Below, in pieces: positions 23,951 through 40,602 of a stretch of 64,000 nt of DNA. Source of the DNA: Camelus ferus. Lineage: Eukaryota. The stretch lies in assembly GCF_009834535.1 (NCBI RefSeq), contig NC_045697.1, forward strand, positions 20,214,001 through 20,278,000, written 5' to 3'. Made by a program: the position numbers and the translations under genes. Numbering within the stretch: position 1 is the stretch's first letter; every line of letters starts with the position of its first letter. Below the pieces are notes generated by a model. It was not told the origin of the DNA, did not search any database, and saw only the letters and a list, made by a program, of their open reading frames with translations.

Positions 23951-26900
23951 ATCATTAGGACTTGAAGCAGGACTTCCTCTTTCCCCTCCAGGAACAAATG
24001 CTTGTCAAAATCTCTGTGCTTATGAAATCTGATGATTTTAAAGAACGTGATGCTAATTCTAGGTCACTAAGTCATAGACAACTTTTTAAAAAAAATTTAC
24101 GGAATATGACATGCAATGTTTTCCTTATATTGCCATAATGTTTCCTTCTGCAGTTTATCTTTTTTGAAAAAAAATGTAAACAAAAGTACTTTGCCTCCTT
24201 GAAAGTTAAGTCTGTACTTACATCTCTATTTCCATTTTGTTCACTGTTTCTTCTGATCTCCTTTCTCAGACTTTCTTTTCCACATTATTCTTACTTGAAC
24301 ATCTCGTCTGGCTGCACATTGAGCTTTAGAGACCGTTCCCTTCCTTGTGTGATTTCTGTCTCCTCTTCTTCCACCTGCCACAAAGCTTGCTTTTTGTCTT
24401 TTCACATTTTAATTTCACATTCTTACTAAATTGGGAAATACTTCTCTCAATTAAATACTCTGCTAACATAATAGGTTTTAAGCGTCATCTAATTTAAGAG
24501 AAGCAGGACAAGGAAGTCCACCTAATTATCTCTGTTCTAGAGAATATGAGAGTTTACAAGTTTTCAGAGAAAAGTCAGTTCACCTCCTAATTTTGTGGTG
24601 TGGCCCAGTCAGTTTCTAGCCTGACAAGGTACAGAGGAGTAGTTTAAGTGGGAAAGAGGATTGTAAGTGGAACAGCCCCGTATTTATATCCATTTTTCAT
24701 TGTATTGCTTTCTCTTCCCTGTTTCTACACTATCATATATACTATCCTTAACTGTAAATGCTAAAACCAAAGAACGATGAGTGTTTATAACAACTATGCC
24801 ATTCTTTTCCTCCAGTTATACTAGTGAACTATTTCTGCCTATATTACAGATGTGCATTTATCCCCCATGTCTTCTGTGTTATCATTTTAGGAAAGAGAAA
24901 ATTTAAGAGTAAGTAAAGTATTGCTTTAAACATACACAGACACACATGCACATACACTGTCTCGTAGTGCTGTATAAAATCCATCTTTTTCTAATATAAA
25001 GCATGTGGGGAAAATGTATTTCTTCATTCAACACCATTTGATTGAATCCTACTATGAGAGGCACTGTACTGGGCGCTGGTGATTCAAAGATGAATAAGAC
25101 AGACATGGTCTTGTTTGTATTGGTTCTTAGACTGGAGTGAAGTTTTTTAAAAAAGCAAGTCACTACTCTCACTGTGCTGTTTGCAGTTTGGGAGGTATAC
25201 GGACACATTCAGGCTATGAGTTTCTCTTTGTGAGTTTCTAAATATATTCACAAGTCCAGAAGACATTCATGTGCAGATTTTTCCCAGCACTGTCAAAGAG
25301 AACGGGTGAGTTTTCACTTAGTATCTAAGAAGGCTCTGGATTCTCATTATCCTTTGAGGCCTGGCTCACTGAGCACTTTCCAAAATGAAATCCTCTCACT
25401 TACCTTTTACCATCTGAACTAAATACAGATTTCCTGCACACTTAATTTCTTTTTATGAGCAATACCAAAAGGGAACCATAACATAAATAACTTCTAGAAT
25501 AATTTCTTCATGTCCCTATAATGTATTATCATTAATGATTATGTTGTATATTATCTAACAAGTGGGTTATTTCCCTTCCTGTACATAACTCAGCTTTGGA
25601 AAAGGACACAGTAAATACACTTCCACTTGGAATTTTCCAAACACTGAGGACAATAATGATCTGTTGTTTTCAAAAGAGTAACAAGCAAAAGAGGGTGAAA
25701 AACATTTTCTAGTGTTCTTAGTGTTTAATTGCTTTCTTAAAAGGAAACTTTCCGTTAACTTTAATTAAACATTTAATAGAGATTGCAGCCTGAAAATATA
25801 TTTTCCCATTGAAATTAAATTACTTCTCCCAAAGAAAACAGTGTGGCTGTCTAACAGGGTGGGTTGGATTTTCCATGGAGTTCTATCTGTCTCCTTTCTT
25901 TTCAGGGTAATTACTGACCTGTTATTAACACTCCAGGGAGAAATTCTTTCTGTGATTTACATTTCCAGATCATTCTTTCCTTTGTGTGCAGCTACACTAA
26001 ATACAGGATTTATTCTTTGTTCTGAATGTGCAGGAACAGATGCCTCAGCTACTAATTCTTTGTCTCATTTGGGGCATTAACAAAAGTGCTGGTTCCTGCA
26101 CAGATCAAGGCTGTCCCCTCAACCGCAGCCTTTCACATACTGTGGAGAGATGTGACATGAGAGCCTCTCTGTGTTCCGGAAATCGAAGGGAGGAGGCACA
26201 GACTTTTGCCTTCTGACCTAAGTTCTTTCTACAGGTCTTCAAGTCTTTCCCAACTAGCACTACTGTCAAGGTTTCTAGCTTCTGTCTATTCATTAAATGC
26301 TGATTTAGATTTTTATGGCAACATTTGTCTCAGATGAGAGTTACGGTAAAGCTCATCCTCATCGTTAAACCTTATAATTTTTCTTGGGGTGTATAATTTA
26401 TAGTTCCATTTAAAAATCAAATACACTGTAATACATTGTCTTAAGACTTTGAAGACACATCATGCAGTTAGCTTTTTTCTCACAGCATCATTTATAAAGA
26501 CAGGATATGACTTTATGCCTGAGTAATATATTTTATTTAGAGCACAACAATGCATTGATGGATTTGTTGTAAATTATCTCAAAAGCAGAGTTATCTCAGA
26601 ACAGCAGCGCACAGAATGACCTACATCCACACATAATGGCACCAGGATCATTTTGGAAACATAACAGATATTCAAGAAAGATAATTGAAAAAACATTTTT
26701 TTCCTACTTAACTTGAATTGGATCAGTTACTATGTGAAAAAAGTCTTTCGTATTCTGGGTTTAATCTACCTTCTGTGTCTAACCTCAGACTATCAAACAG
26801 AATGCTCTCGTGGCAGGTCTACTAAGGAATTCATCACTTCATCTCCAGACAACTGTAATATTTTCATAATTATTCACCTGTTTTCCATTATTTCCCCTGT

Positions 26901-28274
26901 GCCCAAATCCGCCCTTTAAAAAATTATTATTAAAATCAGCCATGTAAGGTAAAGATATGATTGTGAACCCCGATGTTTGTTGAAGTACTCCAGTGGCTTC
27001 CCACTGCCTGTGGGATAAAGTGCAAGCATTTTTAATGAGATAAGCGAGAACCTTTCTTAATTGACATCATTATTCTCCTTCAAATCAAAATTCACCGTGG
27101 TATAAACTTTACTTAATACTCTGACGACAGTGTTTAGTGTCTTACGTCGTTATTTTATGTATTGTATTTTTTCCATGAATACTTTTTGTATATCACCTCT
27201 CTTGGAACTACTGTGCTCTGCACTGGGTGAACGTAATTGGACCTGGAGTCTGACCTTATGATTCTTACAGTCTGATGGAGAGACAGAGACTAATCAAATA
27301 ATCCCATAAATAAATATAAAATTGTACTGTGGTCAGTGCCATAAAAGGGTAACACAGTGGTATTTACACCTGTTACAGAGGAATTTTATCAAGTCAGAGA
27401 AATCAAAGAAAGTTTCCCTAGGAAGAATTTCAGAGAAAAGGTCTACAGGTCTCCATGTACTTTCTTTGCGTGGAGGGAAGGGGAATAACATCATAAACAG
27501 AATGAGACCATCCGCTTTCTTCCAGGCTCCCACTCACTTACTGGGGCTTTTTCTGCTGCCTGAGTTGCTTTTCCTCTACCCACTTCTGTACTTTCAGCTG
27601 ATTCAAAATTGAATCCTCTAGAAAACACCCCTTCCTGGCTTCTTATCAGACCAATAAACTTCCTTTGTGTTCCTCCCCAAATGGCACATAATCTATGTTA
27701 CGTTGTTTCTGTATTGAGAGGAGGAAAGAGAAGAGACGAATGAAGGGGGAGGAGAGAAGAGAGAGAACGAATACTGCTCCTCAAGACACTTTTTTTCTTT
27801 CGAAAACCTACCCATTTGTTAAGGTCAAGTTAAAAACAAGCCTTCCTTTATTCTAGATTTTCTAAGCCAGATATGTGTCCTTCCTATTTGAAACTCCAGG
27901 TATTTAGACTTATTTTATGGGTTTACTCCATTCTCCTTCTTTATGGTTTTTTTGGTTTGTTTGTTTGTTTTGCTTGTTTTGTTTTTTCATCTACCCACCA
28001 CTAAGTGATTTCAAAATCCTTGAGGTAGGTTCTAGGTTTTTACATCATTTAATTTTGTATTTTATATATTTTATTGAATTCATGAGACAAAATAAAATTA
28101 AAATTATCTCTCTCTCTCTCCCACTACTAACAATTTCTTTACATTTTAGTCTGCTGTAGGTCAAAGTCTCTATATCCCTTTACTGATCTCTAAAACTTTT
28201 GCATGTCTATTTGAAGTGAAACTATAAATACAAAGTATAAGAGTCACAGGACAAAATTCTTGGACGTTTTCAAG

Positions 28275-28481
28275 CAGAGTTTCTCCACTTTGACATTTTT
28301 CACATAATTATGGCCCAGATCATTGTTTCTGGGGGAAGCTGTCTTATGCATTGTAAGGTGTTTAACAGCATTTTTGTCTCGACCCGCTGTATGCCAGTAG
28401 CAGCCCCTCTACTCCCTCATTGTAACAACGGGAAATATCTCTAGACTTATCTGCCTAATGTCTCCTGACTGAGAACCACTG
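28275..28481. mobile_element. MER20 hAT MITE
   Basis: 'gctgtcttatgcattgtaaggtgtttaacagcat...atgccagtagca...tgagaaccactg'; opposite orientation to the copy at 17408. Confidence 0.8.
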
Positions 28482-28672
28482 CTTTAACTATCGAAGAGTC
28501 CAAATTTCCCCAGATGAATACTAGGAATTCTGAAGATTTTCACAAGGCTTTAATGTTCACAGAATGTCTTCAAGTCTGGCACAAAGTAGATGCTCAGTGA
28601 TTATGATTGATATATATGATTGATATATATGCTCATATATTATGATTCTTATAATTCTGTTTATTTCCTATG

Positions 28673-30442
<1,770 letters not shown>

Positions 30443-32799
30443 TATCTTTCCCAGTGTGACCTGTTATTATATATTCTTTTGAGATCAAATCACCATATTT
30501 TTTCAGTAATTTAAGGAAATTGTTTTTAAAGGCTTGACATTTTTTTGTTGTTGTAGTTGCCGGGAGGTGGAGGCGTGGGGAGTGTCAAATTAGCTCCCTC
30601 AAATTTTATCCTTTTGTAATTATAATTTCAATTATTTCCCAAATAGTATGTTCTTAAAATTTCCCCTCTTGTCTGCCACATTCCTGCCTACTCACACTGA
30701 TAGTGAGATTTTGAAATGAATCCTTATTGACTTAATATTTCAGCAGGTGGGAGAGATTAGAGCCACTAGCAAGCTATATTCACCTTCTCTTTCTTCTGGA
30801 TCATTTACAGAAATGTTAAACTAAGGCAGAACTTCTACCTACGTACCAATTGCAGTTCTTAAACAATTTATGGCACAGAACTTGTGGAACATTCCTTAAA
30901 GCAACAATCGACTCCTTCTGATCACATTTGTATATAAGTCTTCAAAGAACGACTTCAAGTATCCACTACTAAGGCAAACATTCTGCCTGCCAGATGAGTG
31001 TCTTTTCCACTCTGAGAATTAATTCCCTCATCTTGAACCAATGCACCCAATTCTGCTCTACAGTGTTAACTTAAAACTATGTAAGAATTGCTTGATAAGA
31101 TACGTATCTTTCTTATCTTCCTGAAATGTATGTGTATTGTTTCTCCATTTCTTTGGTTAAAAACATATGATTTAATAGATATTCCTAATATCTTTATAAA
31201 ATTAGTGCAAAATTAGTGGTATAGTTTTCCTATTCGTTTGAAATGCCACAGTTAGTGTTAGTAGCATCTATATTGCTCTTGTTTAAATGTGAAGAATATA
31301 ATTTTTAAACCATATGTGCTCAAATTAGTCGTAAATATAATTTAATAAACTTAGGTATTAGACATATGTTCTCCCGGTTACTAATTATAGAATCATTTTA
31401 AATGAATGCAAATAAGAGTTTTTACTTTTACTCCAGAAATTTAACACTTTTAATGTGTATGCTAATAGTCACTTTTATTCACATGTATATTAAAACATTT
31501 TCAGCTTTATATGTTTTTTCAAATTTGATTTTAGAATGCTTATCAAGGTAATGTACTGATAATATTAAGGAAAATTCAAGCAAAGATATACTATGGGTAA
31601 AAAGAAAGAAATACAAAAGCAGAGAGGTCTTAAGCTAGGAAAAATATTCCAGATCATTCAGGTTGTATCCACTCAGTAAATGAAGCAACAAAGAGTTTGA
31701 AAAATTTGTTTAAATGGTTACACAACTACATGATGATTACTACTTGGATGGTATCTTCTGATTTGTAGTTAAATGATATTTACAACCCATCACTGAATCA
31801 AACATTTTTGAAGGTGCAGCAGACCAGCAAGTCCTGCAATCTAACTCTTTTCTCTCTTTGGGTGCTTTTTAAAGGACAAAGAGCTTCACCCTCTTTGAAG
31901 ATGCCGAGTGTCTCTCTATTTGTTCCATATGCCTTCCACATACTCCAAATCTCTTTATAAATTCTACCACTGACATTAGTTTTGTTCTCTAGCTTAATAT
32001 AAGACTATTCCTCAAATGTTGAAAACAACCATCAGAATAGATACCTCAAGTTTCTTCTGTTGCTTTAAATACACCAATTTTAACAATTCATTTGGATAAT
32101 TTCTTATATGAATATTCTAATTTGCCATTATTCCTTCTGTTCCTCCAAAGGTCTATACCTGTAATTAAACACAGTTTCAGGCGTGGTCAAACTTTTGAGA
32201 TATTGCTGCCCTTGTTGTGAATACTGCAATTGTATTTATGAAGCCAACCTGAGATTTTATTTGACTTGGGAAATAGCAATTCGGTTATCCAGTCATGCTA
32301 ACAGAGTTTCTGCCCAAACCATTGCACCAAGTATGAAATTAAAAAGAAAATGATTTAGACGTGACTCTTGCCTTCAGGTATCCAATAGGGTTAAACACAT
32401 TAATGCAAGTGAAGGCCAATGAGGAGGAGGAGAATGATTCTTACTGGAAACTGAAGCAAGAATAAGGACTTAACATCTGATCTAAGGTTTTGCAGACCAG
32501 TGTGATTTGTCAAGAAGAAAAAGGGAAACTATTTCATGCATGGAAATAAAGCATAGGAAAGGAAAGATTACCATAAATTAATCAGTTATTTTTTTAATAA
32601 TAAGTAACTTCCAATTTTCAGGTTATAGACTCTAAGGGAATACAGTGGGAGAAAAAAAAAAGCAAAAAATTTTTTAATGTGTGTACATTTAGGAATCTTT
32701 TGGTTGAACATGTCAGAAAGTACAGTTGAGACTGTAAATAGGCTTTAGAAAAAAGAAGACACAAAAAGAAAAGAAAGACAAAAGAAAAATATTGGCAGT

Positions 32800-33224
32800 C
32801 CATCAGTTGATTTAGCTATCTAGCCTGCGGTACCACTTCATCAAGGGGCTCTCCTAAATTTACCAGGATCTGATCACAATACCTGCCTCAGTTCTGCCTC
32901 CTTCATGCTGTAGAACCAACACGATAACAAGAGGGCTGACAGTAGCCTCGCCCTACGTCTTTGCACTGGCAAGCCCAACATGAAGGAGATTCGCTGTCTC
33001 TCAGAATTCGAACAAAAATCTGGGCACTGACTCTCATTGGCTCACACTGGGTAAAATACCTGTCCGTGGGCCAATCACAGAATTTGTGGCATGGGATGTA
33101 CTGTTTTGGGCAGATCTGAATCACATATCCATATCCACAGACAGAGAAGAAATGGGATAGTGTCAACTTCATCTAAAACATAGAAACTGAAGGTTGGGGT
33201 AAGTTTATCCATGCCCCACCACCA

Positions 33225-33269
<45 letters not shown>

Positions 33270-33330
33270 TATCAAGTTTCTGACATCAAAAGAAAGAAGA
33301 ATGGCCAAAGGTATAGGGGGAGAGGAAGTG
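32800..33330 (-). mobile_element. Old MaLR LTR (MLT1J/K-like) containing (CA)21 at 33226-33267
   Basis: 'ctctcattggctcacactggg...gggccaatcacag...gggatgtactgttttgggcagatctgaatcacat'; the CA run is read directly. Confidence 0.55.
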
Positions 33331-33664
33331 TGCATTGTGAGATAAATTTTTTTTCTAGAAATATGCCAAAATCATCTGTGAAGTATGAGCAGCTATTTAT
33401 TCAGTAATCATGTGGTAGGCATTACCCATTACGTATAATCCTCACAAATTCTCTGTAAGGCATGTAGTTTCATCTCCATTTTATAACTGAAGTAAATTAA
33501 ATTTGTTTAAGTCTATGTGTGGAAGAGGTGGAATTTGATAATTTAATTAAGGCAACTTTTAAAGTAAAACTGATGCCTTTCCTATACAATGTTTTCATGA
33601 AATAATTGCAATACTATTTATTTACAGTAGACTTTATCTCTGCCTTCAAAGAAATAGCCTAGAT

Positions 33665-33840
33665 CAGTGTTTATCAACCTTGACTGCACTTTGGAATCAC
33701 CTGGACGCTTTAAAATATGCTGAGTTCTGGTTCTCACCTTTAAGGATACTGATTTAAAGTGGTATGAGTAAAGCCCATACATTAGGATTTCTAAGCCTGC
33801 TCCTGTGATCCAAATATGCAACCGAGTTTAGAGACCACTA
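33665..33840. mobile_element. MER5-family hAT MITE
   Basis: 'cagtgtttatcaaccttgactgcactttggaatcacctgg...gtttagagaccact' with TIR-like ends. Confidence 0.75.
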
Positions 33841-36507
33841 GTATAAAGAACAGAAGGACATCTGATATAGGAACCTTGCTCTATTTTGCATCTAGTTTAT
33901 CAGATTCTATATTAATAATAAAAAAATTATAGTCATGATATCAAAAAGTCAGATAGGAACCATATTTCCTTCTATGGTCCTGTTTAGTCTTACAAAATTG
34001 CTCTTACATCAATAAAATCTGTACTTATTTCTTTGCGTGGCTATTGACTAAGCATAGTTGAAGTAGGTGGAGAAGACATGGTCACTGCCATATAATGATT
34101 TCTCAGAACAGTTCCGTTTCCCCTACAAAAATGTGATGACTGACTGAGACAAATCTGAGAGGCAGGAGGAAGTAGAGACAGTGGCTTCTTTGTCCTCTGT
34201 CAGCTATCTCAGCCGAGTCGACCAGGTCCTGCTGCCCCCGCATCCGTGTCCCCCACGTGGAGAGCAGGGACCTGTCTTCTCAGCCTTCCCACAACCCAGC
34301 CCTTCAGTTCTGTGCTGTAATTTCTATCGCACCCAATCTTTGGCTTCTTTGTAGAACCTGGTTTTGAGAAGAGGGGGATAATTGTCTCCCAAAGTCTGAA
34401 ATGGTGTGGCCCAGCATTTCCCAACCTAAATTAAAAGGCAGAGGAACATAGACAAATACAGTGATGTAACATCTAGCAGTGGAGGAGCTTAGCAATGAAA
34501 TAAAGTCAGACTCAGAGATCAGTAACATTTTTTATCATGGATAGAGAGTAATGTATAAAATTACTCGAGCGAGTGCCTAAAAGCCATTTAAATTGTTGCT
34601 AGAGAAGAAAACAGTCAGGGCTTGGGTAAAAATGGGCCAGTTTTATTCTCAGAGCAGTCTCATCCTTCACTGGGAGAGAGTTTCAGAATACGTTCTTTAA
34701 ATGTATTAAAATGTATGATACTATCTGGCATATTAAATGATATTCATAGTCTCATATAAATTCTTATAATAAACTACACTAAATGCTAAAGTTTAATGTA
34801 TTTCGTCTTTTCCCTGAAGGGGCTGTTTCCACAAAGGAATCATTCAAACCTTTTCTAAGGAGCATAGACTCCTTTAAATATTTAGTAGAGTGTCACTTCT
34901 TTTTGAGTCTGATAAAAGTAAGACTTTCTTTAGTCCTTTCAACATAAAAGAAGCAGTATTACTGACATCATTCTCTCCATTAGAAGAGTGTTTTCAAATC
35001 ATCAAAATGAAAAAAAAAAATCACCTTTCTTCTTTAACTGAACTTAGTCTGCTGACCCTGAAAACAATGTTAACCACATGCATATTTAATATCATAAAGT
35101 TTCTATACACTGTAATTATTTTTGTTCTCCAGATGAAGGACTGAGTAGTCTAATTTACTGTGAAATACTTTCAACTCTTTAAACATCACATATCCACTGA
35201 AAACATTTCAGGAAATAGAATTTAAAATGCATGTTTTGGGCTACAGTGCAGAGATCGCCAAGTTCAAGTTTCCGTCCACGTGACTGATAGATACGAATTG
35301 AGCTCTTCAGCATGAGCCAGGACCTGAGCCAAACAACCAAAGAAACGGGTGGAAACTTGAAGTCTGTGTAAGAGAGTTTGCATGTCATTTCATGAATGAG
35401 GGGAGGCACTGGAGTTTTTTAAAGCAGGAGAGTGACACTAATGTATTTATATCTGAAAAGAATATTCTGTTATCTTCATGGATAACAGCTTGAAGGAAGC
35501 CAGTATGAAAATAACAATTTCTGTTAAGATGACTTGGACCTCCCAAGGACACTGACCTCTCAAACCTGTTAATTTTCCACATTGTATGATCACTTATTTT
35601 CTTAAACATTTCTGTAGAAAGTGTCCCTGAGTTTTCTCAGCATTCTTAATGTTCAACATCAACCTATGGAAGCTTTACATGGGGGAAAACCAGTGTGACA
35701 TAATGAAAATATATGACCAAAAATATTTTAAATCTTTAAAACACATTAAAATACTTTTTATGTATTTAAGAGTATCTTCCCAAATTGGGATGTGTCCAGC
35801 CATATACTTCTTTCTTTGACACAGTAAGATAGCTTGTAGGTGGTTTCTAGGAATCAGATACAAATAAGATACACTTTATGAGATGAAGGCAGAGACAATG
35901 CCACAGCTCTCAAGAAACACACTGTCGGTTTTGGATGTCATCATAAGACAAGGACAGACCCATTTCCAGCTGTAAGATCTAGAAGTGCCAATTCTAGTAG
36001 TGGACCAAGTTCCACAAGGAACTGTGCACAGAGTAACTATGAAAGGAGCTTCATGGAGGAGATAATCTAGAGAGAAGTTGTAAGTTAATTAAGTCACTCA
36101 ACACATAAGTAGTCCCCAAAATGTGCCTGGCCATGAGCTGGTTGCTGAGTATACAAAAATGGAAGACAGAGAAATGATGCTTTTGGAACTTGAGAAAGGA
36201 AGCTCACAATCTTTTTTCCTAAAATAATTATTATCATCAGGTCCAGGAGACATTGTGTACCTAGATAATATAAATATTCTTCCTGCTGTAAAGAAACAGA
36301 AGCTCTGGAAAAAATCTTTTTTTATATAATTTTAATACATCTAACAGAGGAATTGTTCTAGGTACAGATGGTAAGTAAGACATACATCTTTCTTCCTTGG
36401 ACCCATTTCATATGACAATGAAGTGTTTTTTTTAAAAGGGTATAAATCTACAAGAACCGAGAGAAGGGGCAGGGAGATAAGCAACATTGGGTGTGTGTCT
36501 GTGTGTA

Positions 36508-37015
36508 TGTTGCCAAGTATAGTCTGCACTTGTGGGGTTAAACAGGCAAGGAAGACCTCATTCAAGCTTACTGTAATAGGAGAAAGAGACTGAACTTTTG
36601 AAACAAAAAGCCGGTGAGTTTTTAAGCCCTGAGGTGAGCTAGTGGACAAGTACTGGAGAGTGTTAGTGGGGAGGTTGGCTAATGTGATTAGGCCATCTGT
36701 GTTTGCTAATTGATGCTTGTTGAAGTCGGGCTCCCATCTTCCCATAGAGACAAAAAGATAAAGCCTCTATGTCCTTCTGTGATTATATTTCAAAGAGATG
36801 GCCCCAAGGTCCTGGAGAAGGACATTCCCGGGTTATAAAACTGGCAAGAGGTTAGGAGAAGATTTGCATTTCAAAGGAATAGAGAAGGAATTAACAATTA
36901 AAAGTTTTCTGAAGTAAATGTTCTAAGAAAAGAGGTGGGGGGGGGGCCAGTAGTCAGGAAGAAACCTGTCTCAAATTGAGTTAAGCTGAGGGGAATGTTA
37001 AGGCCATTTTGGTTA
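36508..37015 (-). mobile_element. ERV1 solo LTR (MER31/MER67-like)
   Basis: 'tagtcaggaagaaacctgtctcaaattgagttaagctgaggggaatgttaaggcc', 'aagtaaatgttctaagaaaaga', 'caaagagatggccccaaggtcctggagaa'. Confidence 0.7.
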
Positions 37016-39750
37016 ATATATGCATGTGAATATTTTTGTTTTTTGGTTTTTTTTTAATTTTGATACTAAAATGAAGCAAGGGCAGTATAAAAAAGGACAT
37101 TATAGCCCAATTTTATGAGTTAAAATAAAATCCTGGATTACTAATTAGCAAACCAAGTTCAGCACTATATGAAAAGGAAGGAAATTATGGCAGAATGAAT
37201 TCAATATCTGCTTTGAAATGAGACATTAAGGAAACAATTTCTAATATAATGGAAATTACGTTAAGTGTGTTTGAGACTGTAAACAAGTTGATCTCTTTGG
37301 GCCTCAGTTTTTCCTCTGGCAAATAGAAATAGGTTTGCATCCTTGAATGGCTATTATAGGATTAAGTGATACACCTTATATATGGTGTCTAATTCAGTGT
37401 CTGGTTAAAGAAAGCTCAGTAAATAGTTATTGCTGTTAATTAGAATAGGACTTCATGAAGAAAATGTGATAAGTTGAACAAATATATACATTGAAATGTG
37501 CAGAAATGTGGCACAGTATTTCTGGAGGATCACAAATTAATGGAGCTATACAATAGACTAAGAACAAATGTGGGGTCAACAGGACAGGGATGTGGAAAGG
37601 TAAGACAGAACTCAACTGATGAAGGGTAGCATATTCCGTACTGTGGAGATTATGTAATTTATCATGTTGGTATTAAAGAGATTCATTGAGGGATTTAAAT
37701 AAGAGGATGGCACAGTGAGATTCAAACGTTAGAAATGACTCTGATGGTAGTCTGGAGGGGGAGGGCAGCACATCTGAACAGTGCATTGAAACATGATAGG
37801 CAATCGGTGGAAGCTGTTGAATGGATGAATGAATAGTGAACAAAGAGTTATGTGGTAGTGACATATTCATTAAAAAATTGTTATGAGTCTAGTAGGTGAC
37901 AGAATTATTGAAAGAGGTTGGGAGTAGCATCAGAAATAAAATGCAGACCTTTTCTTAAGACATTTACATGTGTGTCTCCCTGTCTAGAAAATGCTACAGT
38001 AGAAGTTTGAGGGCAAGGTTTCCTCCTCTTGACAAAGCTGAAGCCAAGGAGTAGAATGGGAGAAACATTAGGCACATCCTAAAAGTATATAGACCACATG
38101 TTTACTTGCTTAAACTGTATTCTCTTTCTGGTCAATTCCCCTTTCCCCTTTTCCCTTGGAAAAATAATTGTTGGATCAGGAGGGTGATATGAGGAAGGAT
38201 ATTGACAGCCGTGTGTAATATATTTTAAAATGGAACTATATCCTTAACTGTTACACACTTCACAATTTCAAGTTTTTCAATATGACTATTTTCTTGAAAT
38301 AAAGTGGTCATGTAAACCAAAGCAAATACAAAAGACGTATTATATATAGTATAAGCAAGTAGCCCACACTCTTTCTCTAACATAATTTGTTATATTTGCC
38401 ATGCTCTGACCTTGGATCTAACCATGTTCCCAACAAAGGCCCTTAAGAGGTTAACACAGATGATCACATATTTTTTGTGCATTAAAAATCTAAACACAAA
38501 TGCACGTATAGTAGTAGCAAAGAATACGGCAATAGATCTATTCCTTAAATTAATAAACACTGTAGATTCTTCCTGGAATATATGAGGCAGTATCTAAACA
38601 CAGATGTAACATCACAAGACCAGTAACATAATATGTATCTTTCTGTTAGTAAGAGTGTAATAAAAGTGTTGTGTCTACCAATTATAAAATAATTAAATGG
38701 CTTGCTTAAGATCACTCTGATAAGGAGTGGTAGACTTGAATTTTAATCAAAATGCAGGTGTTATTTTCTTCTAATTTTTAGAAGATTATTTTATTCACAA
38801 CCAGGAAATGATTATTTGCTTGTTTAGAGAATGTCTTTAGAGGATCTATATAACTTAGTACTGGCATTGTAAGGCAGAATTAAATTGCATGTCGATAAAA
38901 CCATACCTTGAGGAAAGTTTACATGCTTTTTGTAAAACACACAGCTATTTGTAATAATTTATAATATCTTGTTTTTAGATGAATCATTACATTGCAGTAT
39001 ATTGTAATGGAGAGCGTCTAATACAATGACATGATTTTGTTAGCCACGCATTAAATGTTGATGGTATGAAGCACTATCATGTGTAAAAGAGGGCACTATA
39101 TTCTTACTACACAGGACAGAATTAGAAGTAATAGTTGGAAGTTACAAGGAAGCAGATTTCACCTCAACTTCAGGCACTGTCTAAAATAAGAATCTCCTTA
39201 TAACTGAGCTAGTTGCCTGATTAAAAGCAGAGAAATTTCAAGCTGAGAGTTCTAGCATTTTTCTGTGAAGGTGAGAGAAGCAATTGGTGTTTGGGGAAGT
39301 CTTAGATCTGCTCCCATATGGAGCACAAAGCTTAAACTAGAAAATAGGAGTGTGTTCCGTGTCATGCTCAGTAACGGTTAGTTCACAGCAAGTTTATTCA
39401 TTTTCTGCATTACAAAGTTGCAGGATGTGAATTGGGGCAATTAAGAAAGGTTGTGACAAAGAGTCTGAGAGCAAGTAAACTACATATTGGAAGCAGTTAG
39501 CTAGAGGGAGAAAAGAATGTGAGGAATGAGGTAAACAGATGCAGACATCTGGATAATGCTGATTGGCAGTTTAATGGCTCTTGTCTTCCCCAAATTAGGC
39601 ATCCAGTGTTTCTGGAACAGCTTCTATTCTTTCTTAACATATTGGTATACACAGTGTGGCAATTCTGAGGAGGGGAAATCTAGTGAAAAGACTGTGGAGG
39701 GCATTAAATACTGGGATTTAGAAGTAATTGGAAGAATTTAGCAGGGAAGC

Positions 39751-40602
39751 TGTACCAGTCAAAGTCCCAGCAAGGAACACATGGCGTACTCAACTGAGAT
39801 AATCAGAGGAGACTTTTACAAAGGAACTCTGGGAAAAGGTATGGCCATGATGGCAGAAAATTTACAGGGAATACGCAGGACTTCACTGTTAACAGAGCTG
39901 TTACTACCCTACATCCAAAAGGACACAGCTTAGAAGACTTGGAAGGAGAGAATCATGCAGAGCAGAATTTCTCAAACCATCTGTAGTAGATTTGCCAGAG
40001 AAAATGCATGGAGTATTTGGGACAGATTATGCTAGACAATTTATTCATTGTTTTTTTTTTTTCTGAAATTCAAAATTAAATGGTATATTGTATTTTTAGT
40101 TGCAAAATCTGGCAACCTTATCTATGGCGGAAGAACCAAATTTCTGTGTATGTTTGTTTTGTTTTGTTTACTTTCTAATCCTTTGCAAACTGATATTTTT
40201 GTAAAAACACAGTAAAAATAAATTACTAGCAAAGTGAAATAAAAAAGACAGAATGCAAGCTCCACCTTTTAAAGTTAAAACCCAATAAACATAAAATTTG
40301 CACATAAAATTACAATAAAAGTTTTCAGAGGCTTCTTGTCACCAGCCTTCAGACTTCGGGTAGGAGTAATGAAGAAAAGGGCAACTGGGAGGCGTGAGAG
40401 GTATAATGCCTTCTGGGAGGACGCAGGGAGGTACGTCCTGACCTCTTTCTGATACTTTTCTTCCTCATCCCTTAAGTTTTTCACTGGCCACAAGGCAAGA
40501 GAGCTACCTAACACAGTAACACAGGTCTCCATCCTGGGATGGAGAGTAAGGTGCAGGAGGATGGAGAATAATATTTGAAGGGAAAGACTAAAAATATTGA
40601 AC
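39751..40602 (-). mobile_element. LTR33-like ERVL LTR interrupted by hAT-derived sequence (~39963-40330) including a MER53-like element (~39986-40120)
   Basis: 'tgtaccagtcaaagtcccagcaaggaacacatggcgtactcaa' start and 'ggatggagaataatatttgaagggaaagac' end. MER53-like TIRs 'tagatttgccaga' and 'tctggcaacctta'. Confidence 0.6.

Noticed and set aside
17408..28481. Two MER20 copies in opposite orientation as ends of a composite element
   Set aside because: Each has its own termini and they are diverged; independent insertions of an abundant family.
36341..36745. 134-aa minus-strand ORF
   Set aside because: Starts inside an ERV1 LTR and runs into flanking DNA; no domain recognised.
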